DNA from: Alphaproteobacteria bacterium
Lineage (GTDB): Bacteria > Pseudomonadota > Alphaproteobacteria > UBA828
Length of the DNA: 64,000 nucleotides
NCBI GenBank assembly: GCA_965221125.1
Contig: CBDCRW010000003.1
Coordinates: 384,001 to 448,000 of the forward strand
Reading direction: 5' to 3'
Part shown: positions 9,150 through 18,765 of the stretch, piece after piece
Layout: every line of letters starts with the position of its first letter
How positions within the stretch are numbered: the stretch's first letter is position 1
Translations under genes and position numbers: made by a program
Notes under the pieces: generated by a model
The model's input: the letters and a program-made list of their open reading frames with translations, nothing else
Databases searched by the model: none
What the model was told of the DNA's origin: nothing

Positions 9150-9268
9150 GGATGCCTCCTCCTTCAGGGGGTTGAAACACAACACCACCTTGGCACATTG
9201 CGATGCCGTCAGGAGGGGGCGTCCATTCCATCAACAATTAGGGGGTCGGGAAACGCCGTGGCGGCCGC

Positions 9269-10303
9269 TCAGCGCCGGCCGGCGCCGAGCAGCTTCTCCG
9301 CCTCCACCTGGAAGTCGTCGAAGTAGTCGAGCGCCTCGTGCCCGCGCAGCGCTTCGCGATGCTTGAAGCAGTTTACGGTGTGCCCCTCGGCCACCGTGTC
9401 TTCCTTGGGCATCTCGCTCCGGCACTTGTCGTCGGCGAAGGGGCAGCGGCCGGCAAGGTAGCAGCCGGTCGGCAGGTCGATCGGGCTCGGGATCTCGCCG
9501 GCGAGGTCGACCGCGCTGTCGCGCTTGAGGTTCGGGTTGGGCAGGAGGACGGAGGAGAGCAGACCCACGCTGTAGGGATGGCGCGGGTGGCTGAAGAGTT
9601 CCTTCGCCGTCCCCAGCTCCACGATCATGCCGAGGTACATCACCGCGACCCGGTGGCTGAGGTAGCGCACGGTGCTGAGGTCGTGGCTGATGAAGAGGTA
9701 GGCGGTCTCCAACTCCTGCTGCAGGCGGATCAGGAGGTCGATGATCTCCGCCCGCGCCGTGGGATCGAGCGCCGACGTGGGCTCGTCGAGGACGATCAGC
9801 TCGGGGTCGGTGACGATGGCGCGCGCGATGCCGACGCGCTGCTGCTGGCCGGCGCTCAGCTCAGCCGGGAACTGCTCCAGCGTCGAATCGCGCAGGCCCA
9901 CGCGGCGCGCGACCTCGCGCACGCGCTTGCGCTGGTCGGGGCGGGAGATGCCCATGGAGCGCAGCGGCTCGGCGATGGTGTTGCCGATCCGCACCTGCGG
10001 GTCGAGGGACTCGGCGGGCTCCTGAAAGACGAGCTGCAGCTTGCCGCGCAGCTCGCGCGAGCGGATGTTGCGCCGCTTGTCGATGGGTCTGCCGTGGAAG
10101 CCGATGGAGCCGTCGGTCGACTTGATGAGGCCGAGCACGCAGCGGCCGACGGTGGTCTTGCCCGAGCCCGATTCCCCCACCAGCGAGAGCGTCTCTCCCC
10201 TGGCGACCGAGAAGCTCACCCCGTTCACCGCCTGCACCACCGAGCGCGAGCCCGCGATGGGGAAGTGCTTGACCAGCCCGTCGACGGTCAGCACGGCGCT
10301 CAT
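9269..10303 (-). CDS. Oligopeptide/dipeptide-type ABC ATP-binding protein (OppF/DppF-like)
   Basis: GESGSGKT, LSAGQQQRV, LDEPTSALD, HPYS, C-terminal Cys motif. Confidence 0.92.
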   Translation of the reverse strand: MSAVLTVDGLVKHFPIAGSRSVVQAVNGVSFSVARGETLSLVGESGSGKTTVGRCVLGLIKSTDGSIGFHGRPIDKRRNIRSRELRGKLQLVFQEPAESLDPQVRIGNTIAEPLRSMGISRPDQRKRVREVARRVGLRDSTLEQFPAELSAGQQQRVGIARAIVTDPELIVLDEPTSALDPTARAEIIDLLIRLQQELETAYLFISHDLSTVRYLSHRVAVMYLGMIVELGTAKELFSHPRHPYSVGLLSSVLLPNPNLKRDSAVDLAGEIPSPIDLPTGCYLAGRCPFADDKCRSEMPKEDTVAEGHTVNCFKHREALRGHEALDYFDDFQVEAEKLLGAGRR

Positions 10304-11319
10304 GCCACCCGCTCCACCGGAAAGTGGCAGCGCACGTGGTGGCGGGCGCCGAGCTCGCGCAGGTCGGGATGGCGCTCGTCGCATTCGTCCTCGCGGTGGA
10401 CGCAGCGGGGCGCGTACTGGCAGGCCCGCCCGGCCACCGCTTCGGTCGACGCAAGCGGCTTGTGCCACTTGTTCCTGAGCGCCGGGTTGTGGGCGAAGGC
10501 GGCGAGCAGCATGACGCTGTACGGATGCTGCGGGTTGTCGAAGAAGCTCGCGGTCTCCGCGAACTCGACGATCTCGCCCCGGTAGATCACGGCGACCCGG
10601 TCGCAGAAGTGCGCCGTGATGCCGATGTCGCGGGTGATGAAGAGCATCGAGGTGTCGTGCTCGCGGACGAGCGTGCGCAGCAGGTCGAGCACCTGCGCCT
10701 GCACCGTCACGTCGAGGCCGCTGGTGGCGTCGTCCGAAATCACGAACTTGGGCGAGCAGACCAGCGAGATCGCCATCACCACCCGCTGCGCCATGCCGCC
10801 GCTCAGCTCGTGCGGGAAGGCGCGGAAGCGCCGCGTGGGGTCGGGGATGTGCACCGCCTTCAGCATGTCGAGCGCCATCTCGTCGGCCTCGGCGCGGCCG
10901 ATGTCGAGGTGGGCGCGGGCCACGGCGGCGATCTGCTTGCCGACCGGGATCAGCGGGTCGAGCTCGCTGCGGGGGTTCGGGATCACCATGGCGATGTCCC
11001 GGCCGCGTATCGCCCTGAGCTGGTTCTCAGACAGCGTCCGCATGTCCTTGCCGTCGAACCGGATCGAGCCGCCGTCGATGCGGCCGGGCTGGGTGAGCAG
11101 CCCCATCACCGCGCGGGCGAGCGTCGTCTTGCCGGAGCCGGATTCGCCCACCAGCCCCACGATCTCGCCTGAGCGCACGCTGAGGTCGAGGTCGCGCACC
11201 GCGCGCACCGGCTCCTCCTCGTAGACCGGGTAGGTGACGTTGAGCCCGGCGATGTCGAGCATCCCGGCCCCCGGCGCGCCCGCCTGCCTTGCCACGGTCG
11301 TCTCGCCGGCGGCGGCCAT
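10300..11319 (-). CDS. Oligopeptide/dipeptide-type ABC ATP-binding protein (OppD/DppD-like)
   Basis: GESGSGKT, FPHELSGGMAQRV; Walker B and H-loop are atypical (SDDAT, ITRD). Confidence 0.88.
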   Translation of the reverse strand: MAAAGETTVARQAGAPGAGMLDIAGLNVTYPVYEEEPVRAVRDLDLSVRSGEIVGLVGESGSGKTTLARAVMGLLTQPGRIDGGSIRFDGKDMRTLSENQLRAIRGRDIAMVIPNPRSELDPLIPVGKQIAAVARAHLDIGRAEADEMALDMLKAVHIPDPTRRFRAFPHELSGGMAQRVVMAISLVCSPKFVISDDATSGLDVTVQAQVLDLLRTLVREHDTSMLFITRDIGITAHFCDRVAVIYRGEIVEFAETASFFDNPQHPYSVMLLAAFAHNPALRNKWHKPLASTEAVAGRACQYAPRCVHREDECDERHPDLRELGARHHVRCHFPVERVA

Positions 11320-11321
11320 TC

Positions 11322-12332
11322 TCAGCCCCTGATCCGCGGGTCGATGGCGAAGTAGATCAGGTCCACCACCAGGTAGATGATGAGCGAGAGGATCGCCGAG
11401 AAGAGCACGAAGCCCAGCACCGGGTTGATGTCGGCGTTGAGCACGCCCTGCACCGCGTACTGGCCCGCGCCGCCCCAGCTGAAGACGATCTCCACCAGCA
11501 CCGCGCCGCCGATGAGGAAGCCGTAGAGCACGCTCACGATGGTGACCACGGAAGGCAGCGAGTTGCGGAAAGCCTTGCGGATCACGATGCGCTTCGGCAG
11601 CCCGCACATCTCCGCGTAGCGGATCAGGTCGGATTCCAGCATCCGCTCCATGGTCGCCTGGGTCATCTTGAGGATCGGCCCCGCGTTGATGACGGCGAGC
11701 GTGACCACCGGCAGCACCAGGTGGCCGAGCGTCGACCAGAGCGCCTGCCAGTTGCCGGCAATCAGGCTGTCGATGATGAGGAAGTTGGTGACCGGCGCCG
11801 GCGGCAGCACCGCGAAGTCGATGCGGCCTAACGGCGCCGGCGCCACCTGCATGATCGTGTAGAAGAGGTAGATCAGGATCAGCCCGAGCCAGAAGTCCGG
11901 CAAGGAGCCGGCGAGCAGGCCGTAGTAGTCGGAGAACTTCTTGACGATCGAGCGCTTGAAGTAGGCGGCGGCGACGCCGAGCGGAATGCCGATCAGCAAA
12001 GCCAGCAGGAGCGAGAGCGTGATCAGCTCCAGCGTCGCGGGGAAGCGGATGGCGAGATCGTCGAAGACGGGCTTCGTGGTCTGCCACGAGGTGCCGAGGT
12101 CGCCCTGCACCAGGTTTTGCAGGTAGATCCAGAACTGGTCGATGATCGTGCCTTCGAGCCCCATCTCCGCGTTGAGCATGGCGATCTGCTGCTCGGTCGC
12201 GAACGGGCCCAGCATCATCACCGCCGGATCGCCGGGGATCAGCTTCACCAGCAGGAAGCTCACCAGGATGATCCCGAAGAGCTGCGGGCCGATGAAGAGG
12301 AAGCGGCGGCCGATGTAGCGGAGGATGCGCAT
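11322..12332 (-). CDS. ABC permease (OppB/DppB-like)
   Basis: LIPGDPA, GDLGTS, RFPATLEL, VLVEIVFSW, DLIYFAIDPRI. Confidence 0.92.
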   Translation of the reverse strand: MRILRYIGRRFLFIGPQLFGIILVSFLLVKLIPGDPAVMMLGPFATEQQIAMLNAEMGLEGTIIDQFWIYLQNLVQGDLGTSWQTTKPVFDDLAIRFPATLELITLSLLLALLIGIPLGVAAAYFKRSIVKKFSDYYGLLAGSLPDFWLGLILIYLFYTIMQVAPAPLGRIDFAVLPPAPVTNFLIIDSLIAGNWQALWSTLGHLVLPVVTLAVINAGPILKMTQATMERMLESDLIRYAEMCGLPKRIVIRKAFRNSLPSVVTIVSVLYGFLIGGAVLVEIVFSWGGAGQYAVQGVLNADINPVLGFVLFSAILSLIIYLVVDLIYFAIDPRIRG

Positions 12333-12341
12333 CGCCCAGAC

Positions 12342-13292
12342 CTACGCGGGCTTCTTCTTTTCGCGGAGCGTGCCGGCGAGCGCGCGCCTGCGTGCTGGGT
12401 CCGCCAGCACCTCGACGCTCGCGCCGACCAGCGCGAAGCCGAACACGGTGACCGCGAGCGCGATGCCGGGGAAGACGGAGGGCCACCACTGGCCGGTGAT
12501 GATGTTCTGGAAGCCCATGGCGATCATGCTGCCCCATTCGGGCGTCGGCGCGACCACGCCGGCGCCGACGAAGCTCAAGGCCGCCGTCAGCAGGATCGAC
12601 CAGCCGATGTTGACCGAGAGCTGGGCCAGGATCGGCGCCATCGAATTCGGGATGATGTGGCGCAGCATGATCATCAGGTCGGAGGCGCCGGAGACGTAGG
12701 ACGCCTCGACGTAGCGCATGTTGCGGATCGCCAGCACCTGGCTCCGCATGAGGCGGAGGTAGATCGGCGCGTTCACGAAGGCGATGGCGGCGATGATGCT
12801 CTCCAGGCTCTGACCGAAGATCGCCACCAGCGCGATCGCGAAGACGAAGACGGGGAAGGCCTGCAGCACGTCCGCCGCGCGCATGACGAAGCCCGCGCCG
12901 AAGGAGCCGAAGCCGCCGCCTTCCTGGTAGTAGCCCACCACCGCGCCGATGAAGGAGCCCACGACGGCCGAGATCATCGTGCCCGCGAGCGCGATGGTGA
13001 GGTCGATGCGCGGCGCGTAGACGATGCGGCTGAAGATATCCATGCCGGTCGCATCGGTGCCGAAGAGATGCCGCCAGCTCGGCCCCTGCAGGAAGTCGAC
13101 CGGGTTCGCGACCTCGGGCTCGTAGGGCGCGATCAGCGGCGCGAAGATGGCGAGAACGAAGACCAGAAGAACGATGACGTAGCCGAGCGCGAACAGCGGC
13201 CGCGCCCGCAGCACGGCCAGCAGGAAGCGGAGCGCGTAGACGAAGGCTTCCCAGCGGCTGCGCTCGGAATGTCCGGCGGTGATGTCCGTCAT
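12342..13292 (-). CDS. ABC permease (OppC/DppC-like)
   Basis: HLFGTD, RHIIPN, LSFVGAGV, PEWGSMI. Confidence 0.92.
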   Translation of the reverse strand: MTDITAGHSERSRWEAFVYALRFLLAVLRARPLFALGYVIVLLVFVLAIFAPLIAPYEPEVANPVDFLQGPSWRHLFGTDATGMDIFSRIVYAPRIDLTIALAGTMISAVVGSFIGAVVGYYQEGGGFGSFGAGFVMRAADVLQAFPVFVFAIALVAIFGQSLESIIAAIAFVNAPIYLRLMRSQVLAIRNMRYVEASYVSGASDLMIMLRHIIPNSMAPILAQLSVNIGWSILLTAALSFVGAGVVAPTPEWGSMIAMGFQNIITGQWWPSVFPGIALAVTVFGFALVGASVEVLADPARRRALAGTLREKKKPA

Positions 13293-13397
13293 CGCTGGTG
13301 CGACACGCTCATGGCGTGGGCAAGGTTTCGCTCAGAAATTTCGGGATGCGGGCGGGCCGCGCCGCCGCGGGTGGCGACGCGGCCCGGATAACACCCC

Positions 13398-15065
13398 TTA
13401 CGCCTCCCGACTGAAGTCCTGGAAGCGGATGTTGTTGGAGGTGTAGTAGGTCCACCCCTTGATGTCGGAGCGGCGCGCCATCGAGTAGTTGGTGAAGGCG
13501 ACGAACACCCAAGGCGCCTCGCGCATCACGATCTGCTGCACCTCGTCCATCATGTCGAGGCGTGCATCCATGTCGCTGGTCTGCGCCGCGGCGTCGATCA
13601 GCTCGTCCACCCGGGCGTTCTCGTAGTTCGAGTAGTTGATGAACGACTTGGAGTGGAAGTAGAGGTTCATCGAGTAGCCCGGATCCGGGCACCACGGCGA
13701 GTCGTAGTAGAAGATCATCGGCTGCTTGCGCTCGGAGACGTTGTTGTAGAACGTCGATGCCGGAATCTTCTTGAGTTGAAGGTTGACCCCGATCTCCTTG
13801 AGCGCGCTCTGGAAGAGGATCGCGGTGGTCTCCTGCGTCGTCACCGCGGCGTTGTAGCCGAGCGTGGTGTCGAAGCCGTCGCCGTATCCGGCCCCCTTGA
13901 GCAGCTCCCGCGCGTGGTCGAGATTCTGGGTCTCGTATTCCGAGTAGTCCCCGTTGAAGCCCGGATAGATGTCGGGCATGCAGCCGGTGAGCGGGCTCGC
14001 CAGGTTCTGGAAAACGGTCGAGATGACCTGCTCCTGCGGGAATGCGAAGTTCATCGCACGGCGCACGTCGATGTTGTCGAAGGGCTCGATCTTGGCGTTG
14101 AGCTCGATGAGCAGCTTGAAGGTCGCGCGGACCGTGTCGACACTCACACCCGGTGCGTTCGCGAGCTGCACCAGCTCGAGCGGCTGCAGGTATTGCGCGA
14201 TGTCCACCGCGCCGCCTTGCAGAAGCTGCGCCCGGTTGGCCGAAGTCGGCACCTCGCGCAGGATCACCGTGTCCATCGCGGGCTTGCCGCCGTAGTAGTC
14301 GTCGCGCGCCTTGTAGACCGCCTGCGCCCCGCGCGTGAGCTGCTCGATGCGGTAGGGGCCGAAGCCGGCGGTGTCGTTCTTCAAGAACTCCTTGGCCCAC
14401 GGGTCGTCCGCGCCGCCGGCCTCCTGGCACTTCGTCGAATCGTAGATCGGGTTGTAGAGGTTGGGCTGCAGCTTCAGCAGCAGCGGGTTCGGATGGTCGA
14501 GGTTGAAGGAGACGACGTACTTGTCCTCGGCCTTGATCTGCTCCTTCCGCTTGAGGCTGATGGTGTTGGCGAAGAAGCCGCCGATGGCGCCCAGCTCCAG
14601 CTTGCGGTGCCAGGTCCAGACCACGTCCTCGGCGGTGAGCTCGTTGCCCCAGTTGCTCTTGACGCCCTCCCTCAGCTTGAAACGGATCCACTGGCTGTTG
14701 GGGTCGATCTCCCAGCTTTCCGCGAGCTTGCCCCTCATGTTCACGCGGCCCGGGCGGTCGGGATAGTCCTTGATGTCCTCGCGCAGCGCGTCCGGGTCGT
14801 CGGGGTCGGGGATTTTCTCGAATTCGACGAGCGAATCGTAGCAGGCGGCCACCGATTCGAAGGTGCCGAGGCTTACGTCGTATTCGCTGTCGAGGCTCTG
14901 CGGCGTCGCCGGCGAGGCGAGCACCAGCGTCGACGCCCGGTCCTGCGCCATGGCGTCGCGGCCTGCGATCGCGCCCGGCACCGCCGCCGCTGCGGCCGCC
15001 GCCGTCGTGCCCTTGAGGAAGGTGCGCCGGTCCAGCGACCAGCGGTTGTCCGTCGAAGTCGTCAT
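13398..15065 (-). CDS. Family 5 ABC substrate-binding protein with Tat signal
   Basis: DRRTFLKG twin-arginine motif; LAESWE, FKLREGVK, GFGPY, VRRAMNFA. Confidence 0.9.
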   Translation of the reverse strand: MTTSTDNRWSLDRRTFLKGTTAAAAAAAVPGAIAGRDAMAQDRASTLVLASPATPQSLDSEYDVSLGTFESVAACYDSLVEFEKIPDPDDPDALREDIKDYPDRPGRVNMRGKLAESWEIDPNSQWIRFKLREGVKSNWGNELTAEDVVWTWHRKLELGAIGGFFANTISLKRKEQIKAEDKYVVSFNLDHPNPLLLKLQPNLYNPIYDSTKCQEAGGADDPWAKEFLKNDTAGFGPYRIEQLTRGAQAVYKARDDYYGGKPAMDTVILREVPTSANRAQLLQGGAVDIAQYLQPLELVQLANAPGVSVDTVRATFKLLIELNAKIEPFDNIDVRRAMNFAFPQEQVISTVFQNLASPLTGCMPDIYPGFNGDYSEYETQNLDHARELLKGAGYGDGFDTTLGYNAAVTTQETTAILFQSALKEIGVNLQLKKIPASTFYNNVSERKQPMIFYYDSPWCPDPGYSMNLYFHSKSFINYSNYENARVDELIDAAAQTSDMDARLDMMDEVQQIVMREAPWVFVAFTNYSMARRSDIKGWTYYTSNNIRFQDFSREA

Positions 15066-15149
15066 GTTGATCTCCCCTGATGAATCGTGCAGTGCCGGTG
15101 GCCCCGCAGCCCGTGCCAATATAGGCGAACGTGCAGCCCGGCGCGACGG

Positions 15150-16172
15150 TCAACAGGCAAAGGCGCCTATCATCGCCTCGTGGTTGGCGCGCGTTTCCTT
15201 CGGGCCGGCCGCCAGTATCGGACAGGCGAGGATCACGGTGCCGATGAGGCCCTCGAAGGGCCGGAGCTGCGCGCGCACCTCCTCCGGCGTTCCCGCCAGG
15301 ACCAGCGCATCGATCATGTCCTCCGTCACCGCGTCCAGCATGGCAGGGAGGTCGTCTCGCGCATGGGCCGCGCGAATGCGCTCCTTCTGCTCGGCAAAAC
15401 CCGCCGGATCGAGGACGATATCGAAGTAGTCCAGCGTCGCGTAGAAGGCGATGGCATGCCTGGCGAGCGCGCGGGCCCGCGCGCGGTCCTCGTGCACCGC
15501 GCAGGCCTTGAGCGCGGCGATTTCGAAGGGAGCGCCCGAGCGCCCCGCCTTCGCCATGCCGGCGGCGATTTGCGGCCGCACGATGTCGCGGAAGTAGGCC
15601 GGGGTGTTGAGCGTGTTGGCGAGCAGGCCATCGCCAACCTCGCCGGCCAATTCCAGCATCCGTTCCCGTACGGCTGCGAGGTAGATCGGCACCGCCGGGC
15701 AGGGCGCCGGGATGAAGCGCCGGTAGCCGCGAACGCTGACGAACCGGCCGTCATAGTCGACGGCCTCCGTCGGACTCGCGGTCCACATTCTGCGGATGCA
15801 TTGGACATACTCGCGCATGCGAGTCACGGGCTTGTAGTCGGTGAGCCCGTGCCAGTCCCTGTTCCACTCCCGAGGTGCGGTGCCGAGTCCCAAGACGAAA
15901 TTGTGGCCGGTCAGCTCGGCCATGGTCATGGCGGCGGTCTCGGTGTGCATCGGCGGGCGCGCGAACGTGGCGACGGCCGTCCCCAATCGTACAGACTTGA
16001 CGACACCGCCCATGGCAGCGAGCGGCGTGAAGGCATCGCGTCCCAGATCGCTCGACCAGAGGCTGTCCGCGCCGGCTTCCTCGGCCATGCGGGCGTAGCG
16101 GAGAATCTCGTCCAGCGACAGGTTGTCGCCGTTGAAGAGCACGCCCCACTTGATCCGGCGCTCAGCGGCCAC
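15150..16172 (-). CDS. LLM-class (luciferase-like) flavin-dependent oxidoreductase
   Basis: AEEAGADSLW, VRLGTAV, FVLGLG, PIYLAA, LAGEVGDG. GTG start after GAGGAGG. Confidence 0.88.
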   Translation of the reverse strand: MAAERRIKWGVLFNGDNLSLDEILRYARMAEEAGADSLWSSDLGRDAFTPLAAMGGVVKSVRLGTAVATFARPPMHTETAAMTMAELTGHNFVLGLGTAPREWNRDWHGLTDYKPVTRMREYVQCIRRMWTASPTEAVDYDGRFVSVRGYRRFIPAPCPAVPIYLAAVRERMLELAGEVGDGLLANTLNTPAYFRDIVRPQIAAGMAKAGRSGAPFEIAALKACAVHEDRARARALARHAIAFYATLDYFDIVLDPAGFAEQKERIRAAHARDDLPAMLDAVTEDMIDALVLAGTPEEVRAQLRPFEGLIGTVILACPILAAGPKETRANHEAMIGAFAC

Positions 16173-16339
16173 GTCCTCACCTCCTCTCATCGGCTTTTGA
16201 CGAAGCGGCAGGTCGTCGCCGCGCCCACGCCCGTGCCTCCGGCAATCAAGACATTAACCCGCATTTCTCGCCACCGACACGGTCAGGCGTGCCCTCGAAG
16301 ATAACCGCGTCACATCACTCGGGCGGTGCTTGTCGCGAA

Positions 16340-16500
16340 CAATTTGTAGTGGAGCGATGAAGCAGCGCGGGTCGTAATGGGCGTGGAACAGCGACAGCTG
16401 ATGGCGGCCGTGCGCTGGATCTTCAGGTGTCGTCGATGTCCAGCGTGTCGGCGGTGGCAAGGGCGGGTGACGGAGGAGTTCTTGCCCAAGAGCGCTGGAT
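16340..16500 (-). pseudogene. IS1380-family transposase relic
   Basis: TLDIDDT / frameshift / EDPAHGRHQLSLFHAHYDPRCF aligns by eye to TLDIDDTCDAVHGHQQLSLFNAHYDTRCF of the intact copy at 31191-32531. Confidence 0.8.
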
Positions 16501-16528
16501 TTTGACCGACGCTCTCGACTGGCGGGCA

Positions 16529-17452
16529 TCAGCGCCAGCGGTCGATCCAGGGGCCGTCGACGCTGATATCGAACGAGTTCTCGTCGAGGTTGCGAAACCC
16601 TTCGAACGCCTTGGCGCGCTGCGCGAAGAAGCCGTCCCAGTCCGGCCGGAAGGCAGGGTCGCCGCCGCGGCGCATCTCCATGAGGTCGAGATAACCTTCC
16701 CAGCCGGCCGGCTCGCCGGGACGCTGCCAGCGCAGGTCGACGCTCCAGCGCACCTTGTCCGAGTGGTTCTCCAGAGAGCGGTGCGGGGTCAACTGGTTGA
16801 TGAAGAGAGCGCTGCCCAGCGCCATCTCGCAGGTCACCGTCTCGTAGCCGGCAAGGTCTCCTTCGGGGATGTAGAGGTACCAGGACTTCGGGTTGGCGAC
16901 GTCGCGCTCGATCTCGTGGGTGAACACGCCTGCCCTGTGGCCGCCCCGCTTCACCTGCATGCAGCCCGTCTCCACCGTCACGTCGAGGAAGGGGATCCAC
17001 GCGGCCGGCTGGTGCGTGCCCTCTGCCCCAGGCAACAGGTAAGCGGTGTCCTGATGCCAGGGCACGGTCATGAGCTCCGTCCGCGGCGTCTTCGAGCGCA
17101 CGTTGCAGACCGGATGGCCCGCGATATCCGGGCCGATCAGCTGCTCGACGATGGCGAGCAGCTTGGGCGAGCCCCAGAGCGAAGCGATGCCGCGCCCCAG
17201 CAGACCGCTGACGTGGAACAGCACCGCGGCCGTGCTGTGTGCGCGCTCGATGGCGGCGAGCCGCTCGAAGAAGCCGAGCCCGGCGTAAGTTTCGGGGATG
17301 CGGCCCGCGTCGAATAGCGCATCGGCCAGCGCGCCGACGTGCGCCTCGATCTCGTCGATCGCGGGCTGCAGATCGTCCGGCGTCAGCAATCCTTCCACGA
17401 TGACGAACCCGTGGTCCCGGTAATGCCGAAGCTGCTCGACCATCAGCGACAT
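16529..17452 (-). CDS. Phytanoyl-CoA dioxygenase (PhyH) family Fe(II)/2OG oxygenase
   Basis: YRDHGF, PWHQD (HxD), TPHRS distal His, NHSDKVRWS. Confidence 0.9.
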   Translation of the reverse strand: MSLMVEQLRHYRDHGFVIVEGLLTPDDLQPAIDEIEAHVGALADALFDAGRIPETYAGLGFFERLAAIERAHSTAAVLFHVSGLLGRGIASLWGSPKLLAIVEQLIGPDIAGHPVCNVRSKTPRTELMTVPWHQDTAYLLPGAEGTHQPAAWIPFLDVTVETGCMQVKRGGHRAGVFTHEIERDVANPKSWYLYIPEGDLAGYETVTCEMALGSALFINQLTPHRSLENHSDKVRWSVDLRWQRPGEPAGWEGYLDLMEMRRGGDPAFRPDWDGFFAQRAKAFEGFRNLDENSFDISVDGPWIDRWR

Positions 17453-17633
17453 GGCCGCCCTCCAAAAAATCCCACACCCCTTGCATACCGCCGCGCGCTG
17501 CCGGGGTCGAGCGTGTACGACCCCACCGCTTGCAGCCGGCTGCCATGCGTCCATCGCCGTCAGTGCTTGTGCGACGCCGGATAGCGGACGACGATGCAAG
17601 CATGTCCGCCCTCCCCCGTTCCCAGTACCGATC

Positions 17634-18749
<1,116 letters not shown>

Positions 18750-18765
18750 GACGAGGGAGACACCC

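Larger units (their letters stand above)
7856..9232 (-). mobile_element. IS110-family insertion sequence, IS1111 group
   Basis: 12-bp sub-terminal inverted repeats ATGGACGCCCCC (7859-7870) and GGGGGCGTCCAT (9215-9226); AACA at both junctions (7852-7855, 9233-9236); long NCR downstream of the transposase. Confidence 0.92.
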
